A stretch of DNA of 64,000 bases from an uncultured delta proteobacterium (GTDB lineage Bacteria; Myxococcota_A; Polyangia; Polyangiales; JAFGIB01). How positions within the stretch are numbered: position 1 is the first letter of the stretch; each line of letters starts with the position of its first letter. Below are positions 11,262 through 24,220 of the stretch, piece by piece. Location of the stretch: assembly GCA_963778655.1 (NCBI GenBank), contig CAVZVA010000005.1:800001-864000 (forward strand), given 5' to 3'. A program made the position numbers and the translations under genes. The notes beneath the pieces were generated by a model. The model was not told the DNA's origin. It saw nothing but the letters and a program-made list of their open reading frames with translations, and did no database searches.

Positions 11262-12755
11262 TCACGGGCCTGCCGGGTGTGCGGCCGGAGGCTCCGGCGC
11301 CCACAGGTGCAAGGCGATCTCGGTCGCCACCTGGTCGGCGAGCTGGCGGGCGGCCGCGTGCTTTCCGTGGACACCGTTGCACAGCACACTGAACGCCATC
11401 ACGCGCTCCGGGGTGCGGCCCAGCACGTAGCCCGAGAGCGCAATCACGTTGTCGAGGGTGCCGGTCTTGGCACGCAGGATGCGCGGCGCCGGCAGCTGGC
11501 GCAGCCGCCGCGCCAGCGTGCCGTCGACGCCGCCGACCGCCAGCTGGGCCACGTACTCGGGCCGCAGCCCGGGCTCGGAGTACATCGCCGCGAGCAGCTT
11601 GGTCAGCTGGCCTGCGGCCACGCGCCCGTTGCCGAACAGGCCCGAGCCGTTGACGATGTGCAGCCCGGCCGGGGAGACGCCCAAGCGCTTGAGCGCCTGC
11701 AGCGCAGCGGCCGCCCCGTGCTCGCTGCTGCCCGGCCTGCCCACGCGCTCGGCGCCGAGCACCTTGAGCAACATCTCGGCCACGAAGTTGTTGCTGTTCT
11801 TGCCCATCTCGCTGATCACGTGCGCGAGCGGCGGGGAGCTGCGCGAGGCCAGCAGCGCCATCCCGCTGGGGGCGGTCGCCAGGCGCACCCGCCGCGGGAC
11901 CTGGATGCGCTCGGCGCGTAACGCCTCGACCAGGGCGTAGCCGGCGTAATAGAGCGGCGATTCGACGCGCCGGCGGTAGCTCACCCCGGAGATGCCGAGC
12001 GGCACGCTGCCCGAAAGCCGCAGCACCAGCTTATCGGCCTTTTCGCTCTGCACGGCGATCACGTTGGGCGCGCCGCTGGCGCTCGTGGTCACGCTGTTGG
12101 TGAGCGCAAAGTGACCCTCGGCGTCGACCCATGCGCTGGCGGGCGCGCCGGCCTCGGCGCCGGGGTTGATGCGCATCGTGAACGCGTTGTCGTTGACCGA
12201 CACCGCGGCCACCGCGGCGCGAAACGGCGAGACCTCCTCGGGCTGCTCCTCGAAGCCGGGCGGCAGCACGCGATCGTCGAAGTACGAGCCGTCCACGCTG
12301 ACCTCGTCGACCTTGGCGATGCCGCGCGCCACCAGCTGCTGCGCGAGCGCGACCAGGTCCGCATCGGTCAGCGTGGGATCGCCGTAGCCCTTTAGGTAGA
12401 GGCCAGAGACCACGGTATCGCCCTGTACCTCGCCGTACAGGCCGGTCGACATGCGAAAGTCCGCGCCGAGGTCGAAAAGAGCCGCCGCCGAGGTGATCAG
12501 CTTCATGTTGGAAGCGGGATTGAGCGGCATGGTGGCGTTGTGTGCGAACACCACGCGACCGGAGCGCACATCGACCACGGACACGCCGATCTGGTCGCCC
12601 AGCGCGGCCTGCTCGAGCGCGGCGCGCAGGCGATCCTTGAGCCCCGCCTCGGTGCGTAGATCCGCCGCGCCTGCGCCCTGCGCGCGGCCGGACGGCGCGG
12701 GCAGGGCGAAAAGCAGTCCCGCGAGCGACAGCCCCGTGGCAAGTAGGAAGCGCAT
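11262..12755 (-). CDS. dacB: D-Ala-D-Ala carboxypeptidase/endopeptidase PBP4 (peptidase S13)
   Basis: Signal peptide; SxxK (PASNMK), GYGDP, SxN (SNN) and KTG. Confidence 0.93.
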   Translation of the reverse strand: MRFLLATGLSLAGLLFALPAPSGRAQGAGAADLRTEAGLKDRLRAALEQAALGDQIGVSVVDVRSGRVVFAHNATMPLNPASNMKLITSAAALFDLGADFRMSTGLYGEVQGDTVVSGLYLKGYGDPTLTDADLVALAQQLVARGIAKVDEVSVDGSYFDDRVLPPGFEEQPEEVSPFRAAVAAVSVNDNAFTMRINPGAEAGAPASAWVDAEGHFALTNSVTTSASGAPNVIAVQSEKADKLVLRLSGSVPLGISGVSYRRRVESPLYYAGYALVEALRAERIQVPRRVRLATAPSGMALLASRSSPPLAHVISEMGKNSNNFVAEMLLKVLGAERVGRPGSSEHGAAAALQALKRLGVSPAGLHIVNGSGLFGNGRVAAGQLTKLLAAMYSEPGLRPEYVAQLAVGGVDGTLARRLRQLPAPRILRAKTGTLDNVIALSGYVLGRTPERVMAFSVLCNGVHGKHAAARQLADQVATEIALHLWAPEPPAAHPAGP

Positions 12756-12966
12756 GTTCCGCATGCCGAAAGTCCTGAGTAGCCTACGCCAAAGCATGCC
12801 GCTCGATGCCGATCTGATGGCCGCGCCCGGGGAATCGGCGCGCGGCCGGCTCGGGCAGGGCGGAAGCGCCTGCCGCGCGCGTGCCCCGCGGGGCCGCATG
12901 TCCGTGGCGCGACCCGGCGCGCCCGCACGCTGCCGCGAACGGCCCGCGAAATCCGCTCTTAGCCCC

Positions 12967-14511
12967 ATGTCGGCGCGCGTGCAACGGCGGTTGGCGCCGC
13001 TGCTCGCCGGCGCCGCGCTGGCGGCGGGCGCGTGCCACGCAGACGGCGCGCAGCGCCCGCACGCCGACCCGGCGCTGGTCGTGTTGTTGCCGCGGGACGT
13101 GCAGGAGATCGATCCGCGGCTGACCGGCGACGCCTACGGCCACAAGGTCTCGCGCCTGCTGTTCGCGTCGCTGGTCACGATCGACCCGCAGACCCTGGAG
13201 GTGGTGCCCGCGCTCGCGGAGCGCGTCGAGCTGGAGACGCCGACGCGCTATCGCGTGCGCTTGCGACCGGGCCTGCGCTGGAGCGACGGCTCGCCGCTCG
13301 ACGCGCGCGACGTGGCCGCCACCTTTCGCAGCGTGGTCGACCCCAAGCTCGGCAGTCGCTACGCCGGCACCTACGCGATCATCGCGCGCATCGAGATCGA
13401 GGATCCCCTCGACCTGGTGTTCGAGCTGCGCCAGCCGCATGCGACCTTCCTCACCGATCTCGAGCTGCCGATCGTGCCTGCTCGCGACGCGCAGCGGCCG
13501 CTGGGCGCGCTCGGTGGCCCGCGTCCCGTTGGCTCGGGCCCCTACGTGCTGCAGGCGCGCGCACCCGGCCGCATCGAGCTGCACGCCAACCCGTACTGGT
13601 TCCGCGGCGCGCCGCGCTACCCGGCCGTGCGCATGATCGTGGTGCACGATGACAACACGCGCGCGCTGCGCCTGTTGGCCGGCGCGGCCGACCTGGCGCT
13701 GAACGCGGTGCCGCCGCTGCTGCTGCCGCTGTTCGAGCACGATCCGCGCTTTGCCGTGCGCAGCGCGCACGGCGTGGGCACGACGTACATGGGGGTAAAC
13801 CTGCAGACGCCCGCGCTGCGAGACGTGCGCGTGCGGCGCGCGATCGCGTATGCCATCGACCGCCGCGCGATCATCGAGGCCAAGCTGGCCGGTCGAGCGA
13901 GCCTGGCCAGCAGCTGGATCGTGCCTGGTCACTGGGCCTATGCCGCTGACCTGCCGCGCTACGAGCACGACCCGGCGCGCGCGCGCGCATTGCTGCGTGC
14001 GGCCGGCGTCGCGGGCTCGCCCGGGCATCCGGGGTTGTCGCTGTCGCTGCGCTGCGGCAGCGATCGCGAGCGGCTGTCGATCGCGCGCGCGATCGCGGCG
14101 ATGCTGGCGCAGGTGGGCATCGCGGTCGAGGTGCGCCCGAGCGAGGTGGCGACGCTGATCGCGGATCTCAATCGCGGGCGCTTCGAGCTGACCATGCTCC
14201 AGGTGCCCGAGGTGGTGGAGCCGCACGTGCTCGAGTGGTTCTTCGGCTCGTCGCACGTACCCGGCCACGGCCGCGAGGGCGCCAACCGCTGGCGCTTCCG
14301 CGACCCCCAGCTCGACGCCGCGCTGGCGCGCGGCCTGCTGCAGACCGAGCGCGCGCGCCGGGTCGAGGCCTATACGGAGGCGCAGCACATCTTGGCCTCC
14401 CAGCTGCCGGTCATCCCGCTGTGGCACGAGGACGTGATCGCGGTCGAGGACCGGCGGGCGCGCGCGTTCGTCGTGCCGCGGCTGGGGCGTTTCAACCCGC
14501 TGGCGCGGTAG
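12967..14511 (+). CDS. ABC peptide/nickel-type substrate-binding lipoprotein (family 5)
   Basis: Lipobox AAGAC; LRPGLRWSDG, GSGPY and VRRAIAYAIDR. Confidence 0.9.
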   Translation: MSARVQRRLAPLLAGAALAAGACHADGAQRPHADPALVVLLPRDVQEIDPRLTGDAYGHKVSRLLFASLVTIDPQTLEVVPALAERVELETPTRYRVRLRPGLRWSDGSPLDARDVAATFRSVVDPKLGSRYAGTYAIIARIEIEDPLDLVFELRQPHATFLTDLELPIVPARDAQRPLGALGGPRPVGSGPYVLQARAPGRIELHANPYWFRGAPRYPAVRMIVVHDDNTRALRLLAGAADLALNAVPPLLLPLFEHDPRFAVRSAHGVGTTYMGVNLQTPALRDVRVRRAIAYAIDRRAIIEAKLAGRASLASSWIVPGHWAYAADLPRYEHDPARARALLRAAGVAGSPGHPGLSLSLRCGSDRERLSIARAIAAMLAQVGIAVEVRPSEVATLIADLNRGRFELTMLQVPEVVEPHVLEWFFGSSHVPGHGREGANRWRFRDPQLDAALARGLLQTERARRVEAYTEAQHILASQLPVIPLWHEDVIAVEDRRARAFVVPRLGRFNPLAR

Positions 14512-14586
14512 CACATCGGCTCGACGCGCCTACGGTGGACGCGCCCGCGGCCTGCAGTAGACTCCGACCGCGATGCTGGGCAGAAC

Positions 14587-15894
14587 ATGATCCTGCGCGA
14601 TCCGGTGCACGGGTTGCTCGCCTTTGAGGGCGCTGCCGAACGAATCGTGGAGCGCCTGCTCGCGACCCGTGAGTTGCAACGCCTGCGCAACGTGCGCCAG
14701 CTGGGGCTGACCTCGCTGGCCTTCCCCGGCGCGGAGCACTCGCGCTTCACCCACGCGCTGGGGGCGGCCCACGTCATGGTGCGCATGCTCGCGCGCATGC
14801 GCTCTGCGGCGCCCGCGCTGCCGCCCGAGCAGCGGCCGGACGCGCAGGCCGAGGCTGACGCGATCGCCGCCGCGCTGCTGCACGACCTGGGACACGGCCC
14901 ATTTTCGCACCTGTTCGAGGAGGTGATGCCGCAGGCGCGGCGGCACGAGGCCTGGACCATGGACATCGTGCTCGATCCCTCGACCGACGTGCACTGCGCC
15001 CTGGCCGCGCTCGACGCGGGTATGCCGGCGCGCGTGGCCGAGCTGATCGACGGCCGCCACCGGCTGGGCTACTTGGGGCGCTGCATCAGCGGAACGCTCG
15101 ACGCCGACCGCTGCGACTACCTGCTGCGCGACAGCCGCCTGACCGGAGTCGGCTACGGCGTGTACGACCTGGATTGGTTGCTGCAGGCGCTGGCGTTCGG
15201 CGAGCTCCCCGGCGGCGGCGAATGGGTGCTGGCGATCGAGGGCCGCAAGGGGCTGCCGCCGATCGAAGGCTTCTTCCTGGCCCGCCAGTTCATGTACCAG
15301 CAGGTCTACCACCACAAGGCGACGCGCGCGGCCGAGGCCTTGATCCGAGCCATTTTCGTACGCGTCGCGGAGCTGGTCCGCGACGGCTCCAGCGGCCTTC
15401 AGATCCCGCCCGCCCTGAGGCGAGCGGCGGTGGGCGAGCCGGTGAGCCTGGGGGACTACCTCGCGCTGGACGACATCGCCCTGCTCGGCAGCCTGCGCGC
15501 CTGGGAGAGCGGGAGCGACCGCCAGCTCGCGGAGCTGGCCGTGGGGTTGTCGCGGCGCGAGCTGCCCAAGACCGTGCCGCTCAGCCCGGAGAGCACGGCC
15601 GCCCAGCGCCAGGCCGTGCTGGAGCGGGCCCGGGATGTCGCCCGGCGACATGGCCTGCGCCCCGACCTTACCGTGAGGCTGGACGCACCGTTCGATGTGC
15701 CGTATGAGGAGCCGGACGACGTGTCGCCGGAGGGCCTATGGGTCCTGATCCGCCACCAGCCGATTCAGCGGCTGGGGCGCTGCTCTTTTCTGCTGGGGCA
15801 GCTGCGCAACCAGCGCATCGAGCGCCCGCGTCTGATCTTCCCAGCCGCCATCCGCGAGCGAGTCCTTGACGCGATCGAGGGTATGATAAGCTGA
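14587..15894 (+). CDS. HD-domain phosphohydrolase, SAMHD1/dNTP triphosphohydrolase-like
   Basis: DPVHG, EHSRFTH, LLHDLGHGPFSH, DADRCDYLLRD and VYHHK. Confidence 0.88.
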   Translation: MILRDPVHGLLAFEGAAERIVERLLATRELQRLRNVRQLGLTSLAFPGAEHSRFTHALGAAHVMVRMLARMRSAAPALPPEQRPDAQAEADAIAAALLHDLGHGPFSHLFEEVMPQARRHEAWTMDIVLDPSTDVHCALAALDAGMPARVAELIDGRHRLGYLGRCISGTLDADRCDYLLRDSRLTGVGYGVYDLDWLLQALAFGELPGGGEWVLAIEGRKGLPPIEGFFLARQFMYQQVYHHKATRAAEALIRAIFVRVAELVRDGSSGLQIPPALRRAAVGEPVSLGDYLALDDIALLGSLRAWESGSDRQLAELAVGLSRRELPKTVPLSPESTAAQRQAVLERARDVARRHGLRPDLTVRLDAPFDVPYEEPDDVSPEGLWVLIRHQPIQRLGRCSFLLGQLRNQRIERPRLIFPAAIRERVLDAIEGMIS

Positions 15895-16005
15895 GCAGCG
15901 CACGCCGCGCGGCCGCGCGCGGACGGGCTTGCAGTGCACGCGGGGAACGGAGCATAAATGGGGCTACCGGCTGTGGCGGGGGACGCGGGGAGGGCTCGTA
16001 CGCCG

Positions 16006-17355
<1,350 letters not shown>

Positions 17356-17421
17356 GCTAGCGTCTCGAGGCCTGCAACAGGAAGGCGGGAAGAAGAACCT
17401 CGTCTTGAGCTACGGCGCCCT

Positions 17422-18861
<1,440 letters not shown>

Positions 18862-18873
18862 GCAGCCGATATA

Positions 18874-20040
18874 TCATTTCTGCGCGGGCGGTAGCAGTGA
18901 GCGGGCGCGGGCCGACACTGCCGGGATGCGCGCGGCGCGCTCCAGCAGAGCGCGTGCGTCAGACTCGCGGCCTTGTGCGCGGGCGCACTGCGCAAGCGCG
19001 ATCAGCGCGGTCCCGGCCTCGCGGCTGGCCGGAGCGGCATCGACGACTCGACGGTAGAGGCTGCTGGCCGCGGCGCAGCCCTGCTTGCTCGAGACGCTGC
19101 GCGCGCTGTCGAGCAGGCTCTGCGCGCGGGCAGCTGGCGCGGCCGGCGCCGCTTCGGCGCGCTCGGCTGCCGGTGCGCTCGCGGCCGGCACTGCCAGTGC
19201 GCCTTCGCCGGGCTCCGCCAGCGCGTCGTCGGCTCGGGGCTCGGGGAAGGCTCGCGGGGTGGCCGCGATCGCCGCGCTCGGGCCGCCGCCAGCGTTGCTC
19301 GCGGGTGGTGTCGCCGCAGCCTTGGCCGCGGCCTTGGCGGGGGCCGCGCCGCTCGCGTATGCGCGCCCTTCGTTTGCGGCGCCGGCTTGGGGTGGCGGTG
19401 CGCCTGCGTAGGCGGATTCCGCGGGCGTGCGGGCGCGCTTGGCCGACGAGGCGTGCGCAGCTCGGTGCGGCGCGGCCGCGCTCCGCTCTGCCCGGGCTTG
19501 CAGCGCGGGAGCGGGCGCAGCCGGAGGCTCGGCGGCGGCCTTCTTCGCCTCCTCCTCGGCGAGCGGTGGCGCGGCCGGCTGCGTGGCCGACGCCGGCGCG
19601 GCCGCGGGCGCGCCCGGCGTCACCGGCGCGACCACCCGCTCGGCGCTGCGGCCGCCGCGGGTCGCTTGCCTGATCTCCGGCAGCGTCACCAGCGCCAGCA
19701 GCGCGATCAGCGCGCTCACTGTGACCATGCCGACCTGGCGTGCGGTCGCGATGCGGCTGGCCAGCTCGAGCAGCCGGCGCCACGGGCCCGGTCGCGCGGG
19801 CGCGCTGCCCGCGGCGCGCGCGTGCTGCTCGGCCAGCGCCAGCAGCCGCGCGCTGACCGCCGCCGGCGCTGGCTCGAGCGAGAGCTCACCGGCCGCGCGC
19901 AGGCCGGCGCGCAGGCGTTCGAAGTCGGCCCGGCACTCGGCACAGCCTTGCAGGTGCGCGCGCGCGTCCGTTTCGGCTTGCGGCTCGAGCTCGCCACAGG
20001 CGAGGTCCATCAACAGGGGCTGGCAGTCACGGCATTCCAT
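18874..20040 (-). CDS. Zinc-binding anti-sigma factor (zf-HC2) with a TM helix and an Ala/Pro-rich, TPR-like periplasmic region
   Basis: MECRDC...HLQGCAEC (HxxxCxxC); TM segment; lies directly downstream of the ECF sigma gene. Confidence 0.85.
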   Translation of the reverse strand: MECRDCQPLLMDLACGELEPQAETDARAHLQGCAECRADFERLRAGLRAAGELSLEPAPAAVSARLLALAEQHARAAGSAPARPGPWRRLLELASRIATARQVGMVTVSALIALLALVTLPEIRQATRGGRSAERVVAPVTPGAPAAAPASATQPAAPPLAEEEAKKAAAEPPAAPAPALQARAERSAAAPHRAAHASSAKRARTPAESAYAGAPPPQAGAANEGRAYASGAAPAKAAAKAAATPPASNAGGGPSAAIAATPRAFPEPRADDALAEPGEGALAVPAASAPAAERAEAAPAAPAARAQSLLDSARSVSSKQGCAAASSLYRRVVDAAPASREAGTALIALAQCARAQGRESDARALLERAARIPAVSARARSLLPPAQK

Positions 20041-20044
20041 CGCT

Positions 20045-20659
20045 CTACACCGGCGCGCGGGCCTGCTCCTCGTAGTCCGCGAGCGCCGCCTGCAGGCGCT
20101 CGAGCGCATAGCGCATCCGGCTCTTGACGGTGTTCTCCGACGCGCCCACCACCTCGGCGATCTCGGCAAACGGCAGCTGCTGCAGCTGGCGCATCAAGAA
20201 CACCTCGCGCTGATCGTGAGGCAATTGCTCGACCGCGTGCGCGATGCGGCCGCGCAGCCGCGTGGCCGCGGCGCTGCGCTCGCCGTTCGGCTCCTCCTTG
20301 GCGATGCGTTCCACCCAGGGCGCGCCACCTCCGCCGTCGGAGCCTGCGGATGCGTCGAGCGACGCGTGCCGGCGGTGCGACATGCGCCGCAGATGGTCGA
20401 TGCACTGGTTGCGCGCGATTGCATACAGCCAAGTGGAGAACTTCGATCTTCGATCGAACTCGTGGCCACGCTCGATGATGCGGGTGAAGACCTCCTGGAG
20501 CAGATCGGCTGCGGCTTCGGGATCGCGGACGGTGCGCAGGATGAAGTTGTAGACCGGACCCTGGTAGCGCTTGAGCAGCACGCCGAATGCGGCGGCGTCG
20601 CCGGCCGCGAAGCGGTCGAGCAGCTCGTCATCGGCCATGTCGATCGTCCCTGCGGCCAC
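20045..20659 (-). CDS. ECF sigma factor
   Basis: DLLQEVF, FSTWLYAIARN and EIAEVVGASENTVKSRMRYA. Confidence 0.93.
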   Translation of the reverse strand: MAAGTIDMADDELLDRFAAGDAAAFGVLLKRYQGPVYNFILRTVRDPEAAADLLQEVFTRIIERGHEFDRRSKFSTWLYAIARNQCIDHLRRMSHRRHASLDASAGSDGGGGAPWVERIAKEEPNGERSAAATRLRGRIAHAVEQLPHDQREVFLMRQLQQLPFAEIAEVVGASENTVKSRMRYALERLQAALADYEEQARAPV

Positions 20660-20891
20660 CGAGGAAGCCCATCCCGGCGAGGCCGAAACCGTGTCCCGGC
20701 CCGATCACCATCCGCGCGTGCCGCCACCGAGTCCATTGGGATCAGACGTTCAGCGCCGCCGCTCGATCTAGCGCTCGGCGCCGAGGCGCACCGCCCGAGG
20801 TCTGCGATGGGGTCTGCACAAGGCGCCCTGGGGCATCCGTAATCCCGCGGTATTTCGGGAGCTTACGCAGGGGGGTGGAGGCCGCTTCGCG

Positions 20892-20920
20892 TTGACCCCT
20901 GGCACCCCCCTTGTTATAAC
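20892..20920 (+). promoter_or_regulatory. Sigma-70-type promoter for the Glt-like operon
   Basis: TTGACC-N17-TATAAC with an extended -10 TG (TGtTATAAC), about 70 nt upstream of the ATG at 20991. Confidence 0.65.
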
Positions 20921-20990
20921 GGCCCCGCATTCGACGACTGGACGTTCGATGGCACCGCAGCGAGCCCGCCGGAAGAGGGGATTGAGCACG

Positions 20991-21875
20991 ATGCACAGGC
21001 CGATGGCTATGTCCTTGTCTGTGGTTGTCCTGCTGTTGGCGGCAAGCAGCGTCGTCGCAGCCCAGTCGACCTCGGGCGCGGGCATTTCGCTCTCCACATC
21101 GGGCGCCGATGTGAAGGCAACGACTCAAGCCGCCGCGCCCGCGCCGAGCGCACCCACCACCAGCGCCGGCACCACCAGCACCGCCAAGGTCGCGGCGCCG
21201 GCCGCGGCCGCAGTGTCGAGCACCAGCGCTGCGGCCGCCGCGGCGCCAGCGGCCGAGCCTGCACCGGCCGCGCCCGCGAGCGCCGCGCAGCCGGCCCCGG
21301 TCGCCACAGCCGAGGCGCCGATGGATGCGGGCACCTACAGCGTGCGGCTGCGCGACCTCGAACAGCACGTCAACGAGCTCAAGGAGCAGATCTTCCGCTC
21401 CAAAGCGCGCCTGTCCCTGCTCGCCGAAACCGTGCTCCAGGGCGTGGTCGCCGGTGCCCAGGCGCACATCGTGCACGAGAACAAGATGGGTAACTCGTAC
21501 AGCCTGGTGAAGGTGGTCTACGCGCTCGACGGCGCGCCCATCCTGACCAAGGAAGACGAGGAGGGCGGGCTCGGCGATCAGGATCAGTTCGACGTGTACA
21601 ACGGCAGCATGGTGCCGGGCGAGCACACGCTGACCGTCCAGCTCGAGTACCGCGGCCACGGCTACGGCATCTTCTCGTACCTGAAGGGCTACCGCTTCAA
21701 GGTCACCTCCAGCCACACCTTCAACGCGGCCGAAGGCAAGGCCACGACCCTGCGCGTGGTGGGCTACGAGAAGGGTGGACCGACGGCACCGCTCGAAGAG
21801 CGTCCGGCCGTCCGTTACGTCGAACGCGTGGACACGCCGTCTGCGCCCGCACAGGCAGTCGGGGGAGGCGAGTGA
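20991..21875 (+). CDS. Secreted protein: Ala/Pro linker, coiled coil and beta-rich C-terminal domain (first gene of the Glt-like operon)
   Basis: Signal peptide, low-complexity linker, heptad LRDLEQHVNELKEQI and a beta-sandwich-like tail; GTGA overlap with the next gene. Confidence 0.8.
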   Translation: MHRPMAMSLSVVVLLLAASSVVAAQSTSGAGISLSTSGADVKATTQAAAPAPSAPTTSAGTTSTAKVAAPAAAAVSSTSAAAAAAPAAEPAPAAPASAAQPAPVATAEAPMDAGTYSVRLRDLEQHVNELKEQIFRSKARLSLLAETVLQGVVAGAQAHIVHENKMGNSYSLVKVVYALDGAPILTKEDEEGGLGDQDQFDVYNGSMVPGEHTLTVQLEYRGHGYGIFSYLKGYRFKVTSSHTFNAAEGKATTLRVVGYEKGGPTAPLEERPAVRYVERVDTPSAPAQAVGGGE

Positions 21876-24220
21876 TGCCACGGCAGCCCTGGCGGCTGCT
21901 GCTCGTCCCGTGGGTCGTGAGCCTGGCGTGCGCCGGAGCGGCACACGCGCAGAAGCTAGAGGACGTGAACCGGCAGCTCAGTGACGTCGAGGCCGCAGTC
22001 GCGCAGCTCCAGCACGCCCCGTTGCAGCGCGCGCAGCTGAACAGCCCGACCCACGTCGAGGAACGGCTGACCGACGGCGAGGTGTTCTTCCGGCTGCAGG
22101 ACTACGTGCGCGCGAGCGTCATCTTCACGGACATCGTCGACAACTACCCGCAGCATCGAGCCTATCCGGACGCGCTGTTTCTGCTGGCCGAGTCGCTGTT
22201 CAAGGCCGGCGATTACCTGGGCGCGCGCGAGCGTTACCGCACCGTGATCGATCACGCGGACCAGACCGCCTTCGGCCCTTACGTGCAGCGCTCGCTCGGC
22301 CGCCTGATCGAGATCGCGATCCACACCCAGGACTTCGACGGCGTCGAGGGCTATTTCACACGCCTGAGCAAGCTGCCGCCCTCCGAGGTCGAGGCCGCCA
22401 CCAACTACTTCCGGGCCAAGTACCTCTACAGCCTCGCCACCCACGAGCAGGTGGGCGCCAAGGAGGAGCTGGCGGCAGGCCAGGTCGACGCGGACAAGCT
22501 GGAGCAGGCTCGCATGGCCTTCGAGGCGGTGGCGCAGCGCAGCCCGTACTACGCCCAGGCGCGCTACTTCATCGGCGTCGTCTACGTGCTGCGCGGCCAG
22601 CCCGACGCCGCCATCGAAGCGTTCCGGCGGGTCGCCGCGCTGCAGCCGGCCAACGAGGACGAGCGCCGCGTGGTGGATCTCGCCCAGCTCGCGATCGGGC
22701 GCCTGCGCTACGAGCACGATCAGCTCGATCAGGCGATCGAGGCCTACCAGCGCGTGCCCAGCAGCTCACCTCTGTTCGACACGGCGCTGTACGAGATCGC
22801 CTGGGTGTACATCCGCATGGGCGATTCCACGCGCGCCAGCCGCGCGCTCGAGGTGATGAGCGTCGCTGCGCCCAACAGCCGGCACATTCCAGACGGCGAG
22901 CTGCTGCGCGGCAACCTGCTGCTGCGAGACGGCAACTTCAAGGGCGCCACCAACGCCTTCGAGGGCGTCTCCGGGCAGTTCGAGCCGGTGCGCGCGGAGC
23001 TGGACAAAGTGCTGGCTGAGCACGAGGACGCCCAGGCCTACTTCAAGCAGCTGGTGCGCGACAACTTGCAGGTGTTCGACGCCAGCGCCTTCCTGCCGCC
23101 CTCCGCGCTGCGCTGGGTCCAGGTAGACGGCGAAATGCAGCGCGCGATGAACACGCTCTCCGACCTCAGCCAGGCCCACAAGCTGGTCGACGAGACCGAG
23201 AGCATCGTGACCCGCCTGGGCGGCGCGCTCTCCTCCCCAAACCCGGTCAACGTATTTCGCGATCTGCGCGCCGATCGCGAGCAGAGCGAGGCGCTGCGCA
23301 ACCGCCTGGCTCGCGTGCGCAAGGATCTGATCGCGATCGACCAGAAGAACACCAAGCAGTTCGGCAGCGCCGAGCTGACCCAGGTGCGCAGCCGTCGCCA
23401 CGAGCTGGAGAGCAGCCTGGCCGGCACTCCGACCGGGGAAGCCGACATTCAGAAGCGCACGGCGAGCGTGGTCAAGCAGTACGATGACCTGAGCAAGCAG
23501 CTCAATCAGCTACAGGTCTCGCTGATGGGCATGGAGGCCCGCATCACCGCCACCGATCGCTTCATGAGCGACACCGCCAAAGGGCGCGACCCCCAGGCCG
23601 TCGCCGCGGTCCGCGCCGAGCTCGACACGCAGAAGAAAGCGGTCGCGGACTACCGCAAGCAGATCAAGAATCTCGGGCTGCAGATCGAGACCGGGCGCAT
23701 GCAGGTCGGCGTGGGCGACCAGGACTTTCAACGCGACGACAGCCTGCGGGCCGAGTACGCGCAGGTCGTGGCCCGCGAGCGCGAGATTCTCAAGTCGCTG
23801 GGCGCGCAGCCCGACCCACAGGTCGACGCGGCCTTCCGCCGGCTGGCGGCCGCCGACGGATCGCTCGACCAGCATGACCACGACGTCGACACGATCGTGA
23901 CGGCGCGCATCGCGGACATGCGCAAGGTGCTCGATGAGGAGAGCGCCAAGCTCGGCGGTTACCGTACCCAGCTGGCCGCGCTCGAGGGCCAGAGCGAAGA
24001 CGTGGTGGGTGGTATCGCGCTCGACAACTTCCACAAAGTGCGCCAGCGCTTCTACGACCTGGTGCTGCGCGCCGACGTGGGCATGATCGACGTCTCGTGG
24101 GCCGTGCGCGAGGAGCACCGCGTGCGTGGCGAGACTCTCACGCGCGAGCGCGCGAGCGCGCTCAAGGCGCTGGACGACGAGTACCGGGACATCATGGACC
24201 AGAAGGAGACGCCCCAGTGA
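21872..24220 (+). CDS. Periplasmic TPR and coiled-coil protein
   Basis: Signal peptide AHA; several TPRs (DALFLLAE, ARYFIG, ALYEIAW); long coiled-coil C-terminus. Confidence 0.85.
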   Translation: MMPRQPWRLLLVPWVVSLACAGAAHAQKLEDVNRQLSDVEAAVAQLQHAPLQRAQLNSPTHVEERLTDGEVFFRLQDYVRASVIFTDIVDNYPQHRAYPDALFLLAESLFKAGDYLGARERYRTVIDHADQTAFGPYVQRSLGRLIEIAIHTQDFDGVEGYFTRLSKLPPSEVEAATNYFRAKYLYSLATHEQVGAKEELAAGQVDADKLEQARMAFEAVAQRSPYYAQARYFIGVVYVLRGQPDAAIEAFRRVAALQPANEDERRVVDLAQLAIGRLRYEHDQLDQAIEAYQRVPSSSPLFDTALYEIAWVYIRMGDSTRASRALEVMSVAAPNSRHIPDGELLRGNLLLRDGNFKGATNAFEGVSGQFEPVRAELDKVLAEHEDAQAYFKQLVRDNLQVFDASAFLPPSALRWVQVDGEMQRAMNTLSDLSQAHKLVDETESIVTRLGGALSSPNPVNVFRDLRADREQSEALRNRLARVRKDLIAIDQKNTKQFGSAELTQVRSRRHELESSLAGTPTGEADIQKRTASVVKQYDDLSKQLNQLQVSLMGMEARITATDRFMSDTAKGRDPQAVAAVRAELDTQKKAVADYRKQIKNLGLQIETGRMQVGVGDQDFQRDDSLRAEYAQVVAREREILKSLGAQPDPQVDAAFRRLAAADGSLDQHDHDVDTIVTARIADMRKVLDEESAKLGGYRTQLAALEGQSEDVVGGIALDNFHKVRQRFYDLVLRADVGMIDVSWAVREEHRVRGETLTRERASALKALDDEYRDIMDQKETPQ

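Noticed and set aside
14587..15894. HD dNTPase as an anti-phage defence system
   Set aside because: It belongs to a widespread housekeeping-type family with host-like codon usage, and no defence genes are nearby.
20991..21875. Resemblance to dihydrolipoamide acyltransferase linkers
   Set aside because: Only the Ala/Pro low-complexity linker is similar. There is no lipoyl or catalytic motif, and the protein has a signal peptide.
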